A stretch of DNA of 50,891 nucleotides from Octopus sinensis (lineage: Eukaryota): assembly GCF_006345805.1 (NCBI RefSeq), contig NW_021834356.1:1-50891 (forward strand), written 5' to 3'. Below are positions 12,409-24,610 of this stretch, in pieces. Each line of letters starts with the position of its first letter. Positions within the stretch are counted from its first letter, which is position 1. A program made the translations under genes and the position numbers. The notes under the pieces are model-generated. The model searched no databases. It had not been told where the DNA came from and saw nothing but the letters and a program-made list of their open reading frames with translations.

Positions 12409-12450
<42 letters not shown>
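10846..12450 (-). mobile_element. Internally deleted Helitron
   Basis: Minus strand CCGTGAAATATTCACAGG hairpin then CTAG|T at 10846; PIF1 remnant inside; 5' TC end not seen; internal composition uncertain. Confidence 0.6.
11540..11712 (-). pseudogene. Helitron RepHel PIF1-helicase C-terminal fragment
   Basis: LPFTFERSQFPVRVSNAMSINKSQGQTFDKVGLFLPEPLFS..RA; HGQLYVA segment deleted. Confidence 0.9.
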
Positions 12451-12455
<5 letters not shown>

Positions 12456-13041
12456 CCTCATACACACCTGTAACAATTAATCGAGAATCGATGTATGTAG
12501 TCTGCAGTCGTTAAATTTTAACTCCTACTTAGGCGTGCATGAACAGGCCAATAATCGAAGCCATTCCAACTGTGGCCGCCTCATCGTATTTTGTATATCC
12601 ATGTACTCTTTTGCTTTAAGACGATATGACCTGATTAGAATTCAGCTGCTATGTTCAGCATATTGAGTAACCACGTACAAGTCCTCTTATCTCGAACCCA
12701 TGTTTTGTATTCTAGTGTAGAGGAGAGTATAACACACAGAGTTCCGCTGTATGGAAACCCCGTAGTGCCTGCATTGCTGATGATTGCTGGTTGTTGTCTT
12801 GACGATGACGGTCTTCCATATATTTATCTCATTTATAAAAATGAAGTTGAACATTAATTATGTTGATGTAAAGCTCCGCTTCTCTGAAGCTTGGCAGTGA
12901 TTTCCTGCGAAACATCACGTATCTAATGTCTCATACCGCCATTCACGGGGTGTCAGGATGTTTACATACTCCTACACAGGCGCACACATAATACGCACAC
13001 ACATACACATACATACGCACATACAATATATTACATACATA

Positions 13042-13083
<42 letters not shown>

Positions 13084-13268
13084 CATGTGTATGTGCGTGT
13101 GTCTATTTCTGAAGCTGTATACAGTATCGTGCAATAAGCAAAGGAATACTGAATAAACATATAGGAAGTATGCATGCATCTATGCAATATCTCTACACAC
13201 AAACATACACGCACGCATACACATATATAATATATGTGGTGTGTGTGTGTGTAGATGTATATTATATA

Positions 13269-13299
<31 letters not shown>

Positions 13300-13451
13300 C
13301 TTGATATATGTACATACGTAAGACGGAATATATATATTTCGAACATCAACACAAATTAAGAACCCTAAACCGACAAGAGAAAAGTAGATTATAAAATAGG
13401 ATTTGACATAACATATTATATGCCATAATGTATATGTATATATATATATTC

Positions 13452-13634
13452 AAATATTTCTAAGTCGTTATGTTCAGCCTTTATAACCACAACAAAAGCA
13501 TGCCTCTTCATTTCTTGTGTAAGCTGAGTGTCTGGCATTATTATTTTCAGAAACAAAGATTATACAGAGTTAGCAATAAAAAAAATGCAGCAATGACTCC
13601 AAAGAATTATTCCTCAAATAACTTACGCACCCTG
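13452..13634 (-). mobile_element. 5' end of a second maT copy (TIR plus start of transposase)
   Basis: CAGGGTGCGTAAGTTATTT...ATGCCAGACACTCAGCTTACACAAGAAATGAAG aligns to 13729-13911. Confidence 0.9.
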
Positions 13635-13654
13635 TCCATACATACATACATACA

Positions 13655-13728
<74 letters not shown>

Positions 13729-13731
<3 letters not shown>

Positions 13732-14996
13732 GGTGAGTAAGTTATTTAAGGAAGAACTTTTTGGGATCATTGCTGCATTTTTCTTTTTGCTAACTCTGTA
13801 TAATCTTTGTTTCAGAAAATAATAATGGCAGACAATCAGCTTACTCAAGAAATGAAGAGACTTGCTGTTATTGAGATTATAAAGGCTGAGCATAGCGATT
13901 TAGAAATATTTCCATTTTTAAAAATTCCTAGATCTTTCGTATACAAAGTTTGTAAGAAGCCAGAGACTGAAGATAGAAACGTATGACCAGTATTTGAGCA
14001 CAAAAAGCGTTCTAAACACTCTGAAAGCATTAGAACAACTGAATTTATCCAGCAAGTTCAACAGACAGTTGATTACAATCCCAGAAAGTCCATGATATCA
14101 ATTACAAACGAACATCATGTGCCAGAAGGAACAGTCAGAAATGTTGTTCACGAAGACACCAGATATAAGTCTTATATAATGAAGAAAGGTCAATTTGTCA
14201 GAAGAAGCAGAAGAAAATCACTACACTTAAACAAACTAACAGACTTTTAAACAAACTGAAAAATTCAGCAGAAGATTTGATTTGGTTTTTCTCAAGCGAG
14301 AAAAGCTTCGACCAAGATCAATAACTTAACAGAAGAAATGATAGATAGTTATGTGCAGACCCTTCTGAAGTTCCAAGTGTTATGCATACAAAATTTTCTG
14401 CAACTGTCATGGTTTTAGGGGTTGTCAGCAATGAAGGACATATGATGCCTGCTTACTTCTTTCCACAAGGCATTAGAGTTAACTTTGCCGCCTACATTGA
14501 GTTCCTGGAAACAATTGTTAAACCCTGGATAGACGGTGTATGCAATCGAAGGCCGTATGTGTTTCCGTAAGACTCTGTACTATCACACATGGCTCTAGTA
14601 ACACAAGAATAAATGGCTGAAAATTTTCATGATCACATATCCCTAACATTTGACCTCCTAATTCTTCAGATCTCAATCCATTGGACTATTTCATGTGGAG
14701 TGATGTTGAGAGAGAGGTCAATGAATACGCCCATAACACCAAAAATACTTTGAAAGCTGCCATAGACAGAGTAATGTTCAAGATGAACCAGGACCACTTG
14801 ATTCGAGCATGTAGATGATTTAGATCTTATACAGAAGCAGTTGTTGAAGATGAAGGTGGCTTTATTGTAGAACATTATAGAAAAGAAGGTTTATTTTTAT
14901 CCTCATAGCACTTTTTGATAAATAAAGTTATTATCTGTTATTACGTGTCTGTTTTTTTTTTATAAACATAAATCTGTCCTGAAATATCTTGCGCAC

Positions 14997-14999
<3 letters not shown>
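13729..14999 (+). mobile_element. Full-length decayed maT (DD37D) transposon
   Basis: TIRs CAGGGTGAGTAAGTTATTTAAGGA and revcomp AAGGGTGCGCAAGATATTTCAGGA in TA context; ORF remnants 13825-14880: WFFSSEKSFDQDQ, VMVLGVVSNEG, *DS...PPNSSDLNPLDYFMW, 37 spacing after restoring one base. Confidence 0.92.
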
Positions 15000-15049
<50 letters not shown>

Positions 15050-15319
15050 CATCCATCATCCATCCATCCATCCATCCATACATACATAAATACATCCATA
15101 CATACATACACACATACATACACACACACACACACATACATACACATATTATGTTAGATAAGGCCGATTTGGGGGATTACCCTGGGTTTCACTTCCGCAA
15201 AGCGTTTACCTTTACGGCGTATTATCAGATCCCAAAATCTGTTGATTTAAGAGAGACCTTATGCCAACAGGCTTTGAGATTTGACGATACGCTGTAAAGC
15301 TAAACCTCTTATGGACACA

Positions 15320-15455
15320 GCAATTTGACAGAATCGTTATTACGTCGGAGCAAAAATGCCTCACTGCAATTTGCTTTTACGCCCTGCACTCAAATTCCAC
15401 CGAGGTTGACTTCGCCTTTCATCTTTTGGGTTCGATAAAGTAAGTAATAGTTGAA
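15320..15455 (+). mobile_element. SINE family A, diverged
   Basis: CAAATTCCACCGAGGTTGACTTCGCCTTTCATC core. Confidence 0.7.
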
Positions 15456-15539
15456 CCCTTTCACGCTCCTCCTCCTCTCAAACAACATTGTAAAATCCTG
15501 TATTGCTTCTTTAACCACGTGAACTATGGGGGCTCTTGA

Positions 15540-15835
15540 AATGATTGATACAAAAGCTGATCAGCATTTCTTTCATATTTCAACGACCCTAACGTGATTT
15601 CGTTTGGCAGCAAAGACGCGTAACCAATCCATTGCAACTTCTACCATTTTATTCTGACATCGAAGCCTTTCACCCATGTTTCATTACTGTTTTCAGTAAA
15701 ATTTTCACCAACATTAAAACCATCAAACAGCTCTTGGCTGACTGCGATTCGGTCTCCATTTTCTTCACCTATCAGCAAACACCGGACAAATTCTGCGGCT
15801 ACGTCAGCAATTTTAATTTTCTTCCATAAAATCAG
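15540..15835 (-). mobile_element. Mariner transposase fragment
   Basis: VAAEFVRCLL..RIAVSQELFD..ENF..NETWVKGFDVRIK..QWIG resembles VAAKFVP..RVAVSQELLD..GDETWVYGYD. Confidence 0.75.
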
Positions 15836-16226
15836 GTGTCATAAACGTTTCACAGAAAGTGTATTTGCTAAACTAATCAATAGAAAGATCTATATATCTG
15901 TTATAAAAAGCCTGGAATAAAAGCAATGATTGTAAACAGGGATGATTAAACAAGGATTAAGATTATTTATGTTTAACAAACGTATTATTCCGACATTGTG
16001 TGTTGTAATATTTGGAATCAGGTGGCGCCTCCTATACTTCATTTAAATGAGAAGGGAATAATATAATATAAGATATTTTACATTTTATGAGAAAATACTG
16101 TTTTATAATCACATCTATTATATCATTGCTTATTCGACCGTTACACAGAGTCGATATACTTTTATTTCCTATTTATTATTTAACCAAATCTATCAGCAAC
16201 GTCACATTTGAGTCTGCATGTGAGTA

Positions 16227-16313
<87 letters not shown>

Positions 16314-16808
16314 AGAGGATAATGCATAGACATATGCCTTCGTTTATCATTTCTATCACGCTGATTGGGTTATATGTCTATATATGAGTGTCTGTTGTGA
16401 GAATATTTATATATATATATATATATATATATAAATGAGAGACACAAATGACATTGCCCCGCTTCTTTCATTTCGTCTCTGTCTCTCTGTCTCTCTCATA
16501 CTTCTATATATACATACATATATATATACACACACACATATATATATATATTATATATATATATATATGTATATATATATACATATATATCTGCATATAT
16601 ATATAATATATATATATGCACATATATATATATGTATATATATGTATATATATATATACATATATATACACATATGCATATATACATACACATGCATACG
16701 TAATTGCATCCAAACACACCACACGCACACAAACACATATATATGTGTGTTAGATAGATATATGCATATATATATACATATATATGGTCACACACACACA
16801 TACATACA

Positions 16809-16880
<72 letters not shown>

Positions 16881-17407
16881 GTGTATGTGTGTGTGTGTGT
16901 GCGTGTGTGAATATACGTCATGTGAAGACACTTATGCGAATATGTGTGTCATTTTAAAATTTATGTCAAAAAGCAAACGAACGCTCACGGAACAACAAAA
17001 AACTAAATGAATAAACGAAAAATAAAAAAAAAAAGATGTGCCTTGCGGGAACGCCAATGAGTTGCAGTGAAAATAATCATATTTTATAATGGTAGACGAT
17101 CGACAGTTAGAGTCCGCCATTTTACCATCGCTTTAGAAAACGTTAGAGAAATGTCAGGTTGACATTTTATTTGCCTTCATTACTCTTCCTGCTCCTCCCA
17201 GTCATTTCCCCCGCCTTATTACAGTTGCTTCTAAAATACTGAAGACACACTATCTCCTCCAGCCATCTGTTTATTAGCATCGACCGATAACATATTTTTT
17301 ATGCAACTTCTCTAACCTCTCGTCTACAGCTTACTTGCAATATCTTTAGCTCATCATTATCATCTTAAATAAATATATACGTGTACACAAAGGTATGTGC
17401 AAGCAGC

Positions 17408-17449
<42 letters not shown>

Positions 17450-17475
17450 GTATCTCTACATAAATGCATATACAT

Positions 17476-17511
<36 letters not shown>

Positions 17512-17706
17512 GTTCATATATATATATATGATCATTTCATTCCCTTGTTTCCAATTATGTGTATGTATGGGTGTGTATGAATGTGTCTTTGTGTATGTAC
17601 GTATGTGTACAAACACACACACTCACATACACACACACGCACACACACATATGCATGTATGAGTATGTGAAAACCATGAGAAAGTTCCCAAGGGCCGGTA
17701 ATTCAC

Positions 17707-17769
17707 CTGATGGCAGTCCCTCCAGGCGGCAGGTTAGAGCTGTAGGAGGTCTTTCAATCCTGTCGCACT
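17707..17769 (-). other. Candidate 63-nt phase-1 exon (alternatively + strand exon 17676-17732)
   Basis: TTATTTGTTTTTAG acceptor and CAG|GTGAAT donor, reads (E)CDRIERPPTALTCRLEGLPS(G); GC-rich unique island; no homology recognised. Confidence 0.3.
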
Positions 17770-17914
17770 CTAAAAACAAATAACATTATGAAATACATAC
17801 ACATATATGCATTTATACATTACACAAATTTATGTATTTATACACACACATTTATAATGACATATAAAATATATTTGTATGTATGTATGCATGTATATAT
17901 ATATATATATATGC

Positions 17915-18230
17915 ATACGTTCTGAGTTCAAATTCCGCCAAGGTCGACTTTGCCTTTCATCCTTTCGGGGTCGATTAAATAAGTGCCAGTTGCGCCCTGG
18001 GGTCGATATAATCGACTCAATCCGTTTGTCTGTCCTTGTTTGTCCTCTCTGTGTGTTTATCCCCTTGTGGGTAGTAAAGAAATAGGTATTTCGTCTGTCT
18101 TTACATTCTGAGTTCAAATTCCGCCAAGGTCGACTTTACCTTTCATCCTTTCGTGGTCGATGAATTAAGTACCAGTTTCGCACTCGGGTCGATCTTCCCC
18201 AAAATTTCGAGCTTTGTGCCCAGAGTAAAA
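17915..18230 (+). mobile_element. Two tandem SINE family A bodies
   Basis: TTCTGAGTTCAAATTCCGCCAAGGTCGAC at about 17919 and 18107. Confidence 0.9.
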
Positions 18231-18356
18231 AACATTATTTTTTACACTTATTACTAATTAGCGACAGTGTACAGGTAACTGGCAGGATAATTCCTGATAT
18301 TCAGTGCAAGAAAACTTGAAACCATGCCGGTTCTTGTTGCAGAATTTTGTTCTTAG

Positions 18357-18468
18357 GTGCCTAGATTATGGCTTCCAGTTATTGTTTCCTCGTAATGGCT
18401 TGCACCTGTGGAATTCTATGCAACACAACTGTTCTATGCGAAGAATTTTGCACTCATACACCACCTGA
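18357..18468 (+). other. Candidate coding exon with signal-peptide-like ORF
   Basis: TTTTGTTCTTAG acceptor, ATG 18368, MASSYCFLVMACTCGILCNTTVLCEEFCTHTPP, GA|GTAACT donor. Confidence 0.3.
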
Positions 18469-19065
18469 GTAACTGGGAAGGTTTGATAATTTTAAAACAC
18501 GACTACTTTGAATGAAAAAACGAGAAATATGATGTAACCTGATCATGAAAGTGTCTGTAAGGCCTGGCGCCAAAAACTAGTTTCCAAAGCTCTGTAAGTT
18601 CCAAAAATTGATAAGTCGGCTTCATGTAATTCCAGTGTTAAACCGATGTGTTGAAATCGTTTAGATTCTAAAGAACTGAATCTCATTAATATCCCAAGAC
18701 AAGGAGTCTGTATGTGTGTAGGGGTGTGTGGGGGGCGATATTTAAATACTTGGACATTCTATTGATGTCGATAATCTCGGGCCACCTTACATTACAACAA
18801 GTGAACTGTATGAAGGCAGTGTTAACAAATTCTTTCATCCACCAAATATCAAATTACAAGTCGGTGAGTGAACGTGGTCTCAACCTGGTTGCTTAAACCA
18901 GTAAGAGTGAGGGAGTACACACACACATACGTGCACACACACACACACGCACAAACACGCATACAGATATACACTACATATATATATGTACATATACACG
19001 TACATATATATGTAGGCGATTTTTTTTCCTTTGTCTTCCCTTCTCTGGATCTTTCCTTCTTCTAT

Positions 19066-19100
19066 GTTTCTGACGAAGAGCTCCGCTCGAAACGTTAAAT
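19066..19100 (+). ncRNA. Minimal hammerhead ribozyme in Penelope-like terminal repeat remnant
   Basis: GTTT CTGACGA a GAGC tcc GCTC GAA ACGT T AAAT; GUU site. Confidence 0.75.
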
Positions 19101-19199
19101 CTTCCTTCTTCCCTTCCTTCCTGAGCGTCCAATAATACTATATTTGTTCCACGTCCTCGCGTTGTTGTGTTTTCTCTTTGTGTTTTCATGCTTGGATTA

Positions 19200-19236
<37 letters not shown>

Positions 19237-19309
19237 TGTCTGCCAGCTCGCCTTATATATATATATTATATCAGGTTATATTATATTATATAAGTGTGTG
19301 TGTGTGTGT

Positions 19310-19540
19310 GTGTGTAATTCTTTGTGTCGCATTTCTACCCCATCATCGCTTGACAACCAATGCTGGTTTGTTTATGTTTTCATAACTTAGCAGTTCAGCA
19401 AAATAGATTGATGGAATAAGAGCCTAACTTAAAAAAAAACAAGTCCTGGGTCTGATTTGTTCGAGTAAATCTCTTGAAGGCGCTACCCCAGCATGACCGC
19501 AGTCCAATGACTGAAACGGTTAAAAGACAAGATAAAGGAT
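19310..19540 (+). mobile_element. SINE family D, 3' half
   Basis: Matches 3' half of 48822-49225. Confidence 0.8.
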
Positions 19541-20543
19541 AACGAATACTTAACGGAGACACTTCAAAATGTTAATAAACTGACAATATAAGGGAAGTAA
19601 TCTAGTAAACTGTAAAACTATTTTTGAAACTCAGACATATTTGAATATTAAATGGCTTTAACTATAAATCGAAGTATAAAGTACAACACAATAATTATTT
19701 GTTATAAGAGATGGAAGCAGAATTCGTTAAAATTAGCAAGCTATATACCATAGTTAAAGCATACACACAGTTAAAATTCTTTCGTCTGCTGCTGTTATAT
19801 TTTTGTAGTTTTTTACATTATGCTTTCTCGAAACGAATCCCGCAACTTAGAAGGCCTTCAATAGAACTGTTGCTTTACGTATGACATACAGATCCCTAAT
19901 TTGAACTAATGCTGCTTCCGTCACTGATAGCGAATATTTTCAGCCCTCTTGCTAAATGCGTCATAAGTAACTTTACAATCGTTGTTTAACAATGTCATCT
20001 CCCAGCCGATTTTCGTTCAGCATGCAGAGTCAGTGGATATTCGCCACTGATGATGCTCAAAAACGCAGAAATTGCAATTATGCCACTGGTGATGTTGGGG
20101 AATTTTAGCTTGTTGTTGATGTACTATACGGCTATGTGAGATACTTTCCCAAGAAGTCTACTGCAATTTAGAAGGCTTTCAACCATGTATATACTTTAAG
20201 CATTCAGATCGCTAATTTAAACACTAATAATGGTTCAATTTATCATAGAGAAAAAAATGATATATATTTAGGTTTGAATGGAATTAGAGGAAACGTTGTT
20301 ATTGAACGAAGAATTTAGTTTTTCTGATTATGAGGAAGGAAAGTAGACAGAAAAAATTCGTAATGGTATTCGAAAGAGATGGAAACATAATGAATAGAAA
20401 TGGTGTATTGTACAGCAAATCATAGGAAAATATGAAATAATACATATATATGTGTGTATATATATATATTTATATATATATATGCATATATAGTTACACA
20501 GACGCACACACACACACACATATATATATATACAAATACGTGC

Positions 20544-20589
<46 letters not shown>

Positions 20590-20768
20590 ATATATATATA
20601 TATATATATATAGATAGATAGATAGATATAGATATATAGATATATATATATTTACATACATACATATATGTATGTATATATATACATATACGTATATGGA
20701 TATATATATACATATATACATACATACATATATATATATAAGTATACTTGCATATATGCATGCATATG

Positions 20769-20816
<48 letters not shown>

Positions 20817-21104
20817 GTGTGTGTGTGTGTGTGTGTGTGTCAGATAGTTATTGCTAATTTCAAAGTAGAAGAAATCTGCAAGATAATAAAGACCAAAGTT
20901 AAGTATATGTAGTTACATACGTGTATTTACCAATTTAGCAAATAGACAGGTTGGATGAAGCATACATCTGTGTTGTATACAGTGTTACGAAGTTGAAATC
21001 TCACCTAACAATCATTTGTTTAAAGTTCCTTTATAATAACATATCTCTACAAATGTTACACTATTATTTTCGTATCAGCATCGAACTTATTTAGCTTAAG
21101 GAAC

Positions 21105-21195
<91 letters not shown>

Positions 21196-21569
21196 CTATC
21201 TAGATAATTAATAATGTCAGGTTAATAAAAAATTGTGAAATTTTTACTACAAGTGGCCTAGGGTGTAGAAAAATTAGTCAATAGACTATATATTATTCAT
21301 ATAAATACAGTGTACATTTAAACATATAAGATAATAAATGTTTTTAATTTTCATTCCCTTCGAGGTTTTATCCCTAATAATGGTTTGGATTTTGGCTGTT
21401 CTTTCTAGCGTGCCAGGAATCCTACGACGTATATCTCTTATGTGCTTAAATTTACACTGTATATATATATACATATAGATAGATAGATAGATAGATAGCT
21501 CTTTCTCTTACTCATTCTCTCTCTCCACCTCTCTCTCTATTTCTTCTTCTCTCTCCCCTTCTCTCTCTC

Positions 21570-21601
<32 letters not shown>

Positions 21602-21644
21602 TGTATGTATGTATGTATGTATGTATGTATGTATGTATGTATGT

Positions 21645-21749
21645 GTGGCTGTGTGGTGAGCAAGTGCCTTCTACTATAGTCTGGGAGCAACCAAAGCTTT
21701 GTGAGTGGATTTGGTAGACGGAAACTGAAATAAACCTGTCGCATGTATG

Positions 21750-21782
<33 letters not shown>

Positions 21783-22025
21783 TTATGCGTGTATGTGTAT
21801 GTGTTTGGGTTTGTTCCCCCACCATCGCTTAACAATCTATGTTGGTTTGTTTAGATCCAGGCTATCCAGCGGTTCGACAAAGAATCCAATAGAATACGTA
21901 CTAGTCTTACAACGAATAAATCTTGTGGTCGATTTGTTCGACAGAAAAAAAAAACCTTTAAGGCGGTGCTCCATCATGGCCATAGTCAAATGTCTGAAGC
22001 AAGTAATGGAATAAAATAATAAAAG
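21645..22025 (+). mobile_element. SINE family D
   Basis: TGGCTGTGTGG head, AAGTGCCTTCTACTATAG, GTGAGTGGATTTGGTAGACGGAAACTG, internal microsatellite, GGCGGTGCTCC..ATGGCC tail. Confidence 0.85.
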
Positions 22026-22203
22026 AATATATATACTGAGTGGGTGAATATATTCTTAAGATCAATTTTTTGTCACTTCGAGGTTTTATCACTTAATCAG
22101 TTCTCAGCCATATTGAATGCAGTTTGGTTTAGCAAAGATGGTTCAATCTTAAGCTACATTTTGAGACAATATAATTGAAATTTGGCTCATTAAAAATTAG
22201 TTC

Positions 22204-22506
22204 GTATAGGCACATGGCCTAGTGGTTAGAGCAGCGGCTCGCGGTCGAGCGATCGCAGGTTCGAATCTCAGACCGGGCGATGTATGTGTTTATGAGCGAA
22301 ACACCTAACCTCCACGCGGCTCCGGCAGAAAATAATGGTGAACTTCTGCTGACTCTTTCGCCACAACTTTCTCTCACTCTTTCCTCCTGCATCTTGCAAC
22401 TCACCTGCGACGGACCGGCGTCCCGTCCAGGTGGGGAATCTATACGCCAAAGACACCGGGAAACCGGCCCTATGAGCCAGGCATGGCTCGAGAAGGAACA
22501 AACAAC
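22204..22506 (+). mobile_element. SINE family C, full-length with TSD
   Basis: A and B boxes; 12-bp TSD AAAAATTAGTTC at 22192-22203 and 22507-22518. Confidence 0.92.
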
Positions 22507-22734
22507 AAAAATTAGTTCAAAGCATGAGGGTGTCAAAAATTGTCAGCCGAAAAATTATGTGAATCAAAATATCCCAGGTATTTTAAAAGAAAACTAAAGA
22601 TCAGTTGGATTTGAAAAGATGAGCTCATTGAGAAAAATCTTTCGGTGAAAATCTCTTTAAAAATATTAGGTACGAAAAACTTTTTGTGGTTTTGTTGTTG
22701 TTTTTTCATTCTCGAGTCATGCGTGTCTTATAAG

Positions 22735-22968
22735 GTTTCATTGGCGTATAGTTTCCCCACCTGGACTAGACACCGATCCGTCGCAGGTGAGCTGCTAGAT
22801 GCAGGAGGAAAGAGTGAGAGAAAGTTGTGGCGAAAGAATGAGCAGAAGTTCACCATTACCTTCTGCCGGAGCCGTGAGTAGCTTAAGTGTTTTGACTTAT
22901 AAACGCACACATCACCCGATCAGAGATTCGAACCCGCGATCCCTTTACCGCAAAACCGCTGCCATGTG
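22735..22968 (-). mobile_element. SINE family C, inverted copy
   Basis: Revcomp of 22204-22450. Confidence 0.9.
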
Positions 22969-23354
22969 CCTCCACAATGTAGCTTTAAGAGCCGGCAAAT
23001 TGGTAACCCCCAAAATTCAATTTCAGCTATTGTAATAAAAAGTTTAGAATAGCTGTGTTCAATTGAAAGAACTCTATGAAAAAAAATTATGGAGAAAACC
23101 TCATTAGAAAATATTAACTACAAAAATGCTTTATGGCTTTCAGTGACAGAAAACAGGTGATAATTTTAACGAATCAACATATAATTTTGTTACCTTAAGA
23201 GGAAAATAATATTATTTGCTCTAAAATGGAAGAGTTCATCGAAATGGATATTTTATCATAAATCCTATCTAAAAATATAATGCAAAATATAAAGCATAAA
23301 AGTAGTTATGGTTGTTTTTATTTCATATTAATTTTTGTTATTAGGCTCGTGATT

Positions 23355-23470
23355 GGAGGCGCGTGGCTTAGTGGTTAGGGTGACAGCATCATGATCGCAA
23401 GATTGTGGTTTCGACTCCTGTCCCTGGCGACGCGTTGTGTTCTTGAGCAAAACAGTTCTTTTCACGTTAT
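23355..23470 (+). mobile_element. tRNA-derived SINE family E head (related to B)
   Basis: GGAGGCGCGTGGCTTAGTGGTTAGGG..GTTTCGACTCC..GTGTTCTTGAGCAAAAC. Confidence 0.75.
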
Positions 23471-23499
23471 TGAACAGTTTTTTTTATATCGTCTATTCC

Positions 23500-23566
23500 C
23501 ATATTGGCCGATGAGAATGCATCGTAGCCCTTAGCTCCGGCATTTGAAACTCTGAGTATCATTATG
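23500..23566 (+). ncRNA. Hammerhead ribozyme with U4-to-C core change
   Basis: CATATTGG CCGATGA GAATGC..GCATTT GAA ACTC t GAGT A TCATTATG; 8-bp stem I with one mismatch; GUA site. Confidence 0.7.
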
Positions 23567-23644
23567 ACAACTTACTGATTGTCCTAAACTATGCATATAT
23601 AAGTATCCTCTATTTACCTAATATCGAAGTCTCATTCTTTTGTT

Positions 23645-23674
23645 GTCACTTTATTATTATTATTATTATCATCA

Positions 23675-23738
<64 letters not shown>

Positions 23739-23760
23739 CATCATCATCATCATCATTATC

Positions 23761-23792
<32 letters not shown>

Positions 23793-23810
23793 CATCATCA
23801 TTATTATATA
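23645..23810. repeat. (ATT)n/(CAT)n microsatellite
   Basis: Direct reading. Confidence 0.95.
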
Positions 23811-24269
23811 AAGACAACAAGACCATTGTCAAAATAACGATCATATCAATTGGCCAGCATGGAAAAAACCCCGTAGAGGTAATAATTACTATAGATATAT
23901 AATTATATAAATATAATTATAATTAAGGGTACTGGGGAGGTACCACCCTGCTAGATATAGAAGTCAAAACTGACTCTAAAACCCCATCATTTATTCATAT
24001 AGCACAGGTGAAAACATGAATGAACAAAGAAATTAGCAAAAAATTACTGGTTAATCCTAGATCTGTTGTTTGAATTTAGATATTTTGGCTGTAAAACATG
24101 AAACGATGGACGTATTAATATCAATTGCAAACAGGATGGAAAAAGGATAAGCATGGTACCTCGACGATTGTGACCATCGAAGGAACAACCATATTTCTAT
24201 TAGAATCAAAAGGAATATCAGTCGTTGTATGAGTCTTTCTGAATGGTGCCAGAATGTGGCCATTGTACA

Positions 24270-24610
24270 GGCGCATTGCTCAGTGGTTAGAGCGTCGAGA
24301 TTACGATCGTGAGGTTGTGAGCTCGATTCCCGGACCGGGCTGCGTGTTGTGTTCTCGAGCAAGGCACTTTATTTCACGTTGCTCCAGTTCACTCAGCAGT
24401 AGAAATGAGTTATGACATCATTGGTGCCAAGCTGTATCGTCCTTTGTCTTTCCCTTGGATAACACTAGTGGCGTGGAGAGGGGAGGCTGGTATGCATGGG
24501 CGACTGCTGGTCTTCCATAAAAAACCGTGCCCGGACTTGTGTCTAGGAGGGTAACTTTCTAGGTGCAATCCCATGGTCATTCATGACCGAAGGGGGTCTT
24601 TACCCTTTAT
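24270..24610 (+). mobile_element. SINE family B, full-length
   Basis: CAGTGGTTAGAGCG, CTCGATTCCC, body matches revcomp of 4600-4933. Confidence 0.9.

Noticed and set aside
12876-12925. CTGAAG..GCAG/CTGC GAAAC..GTA as a hammerhead
   Set aside because: A9 is absent, extra bases precede stem II, and there is no stem I.
12650-12930. Possible exons (TTCTAG acceptor on +, TTTCGCAG on -)
   Set aside because: Early stops or no convincing donor; no recognisable homology.
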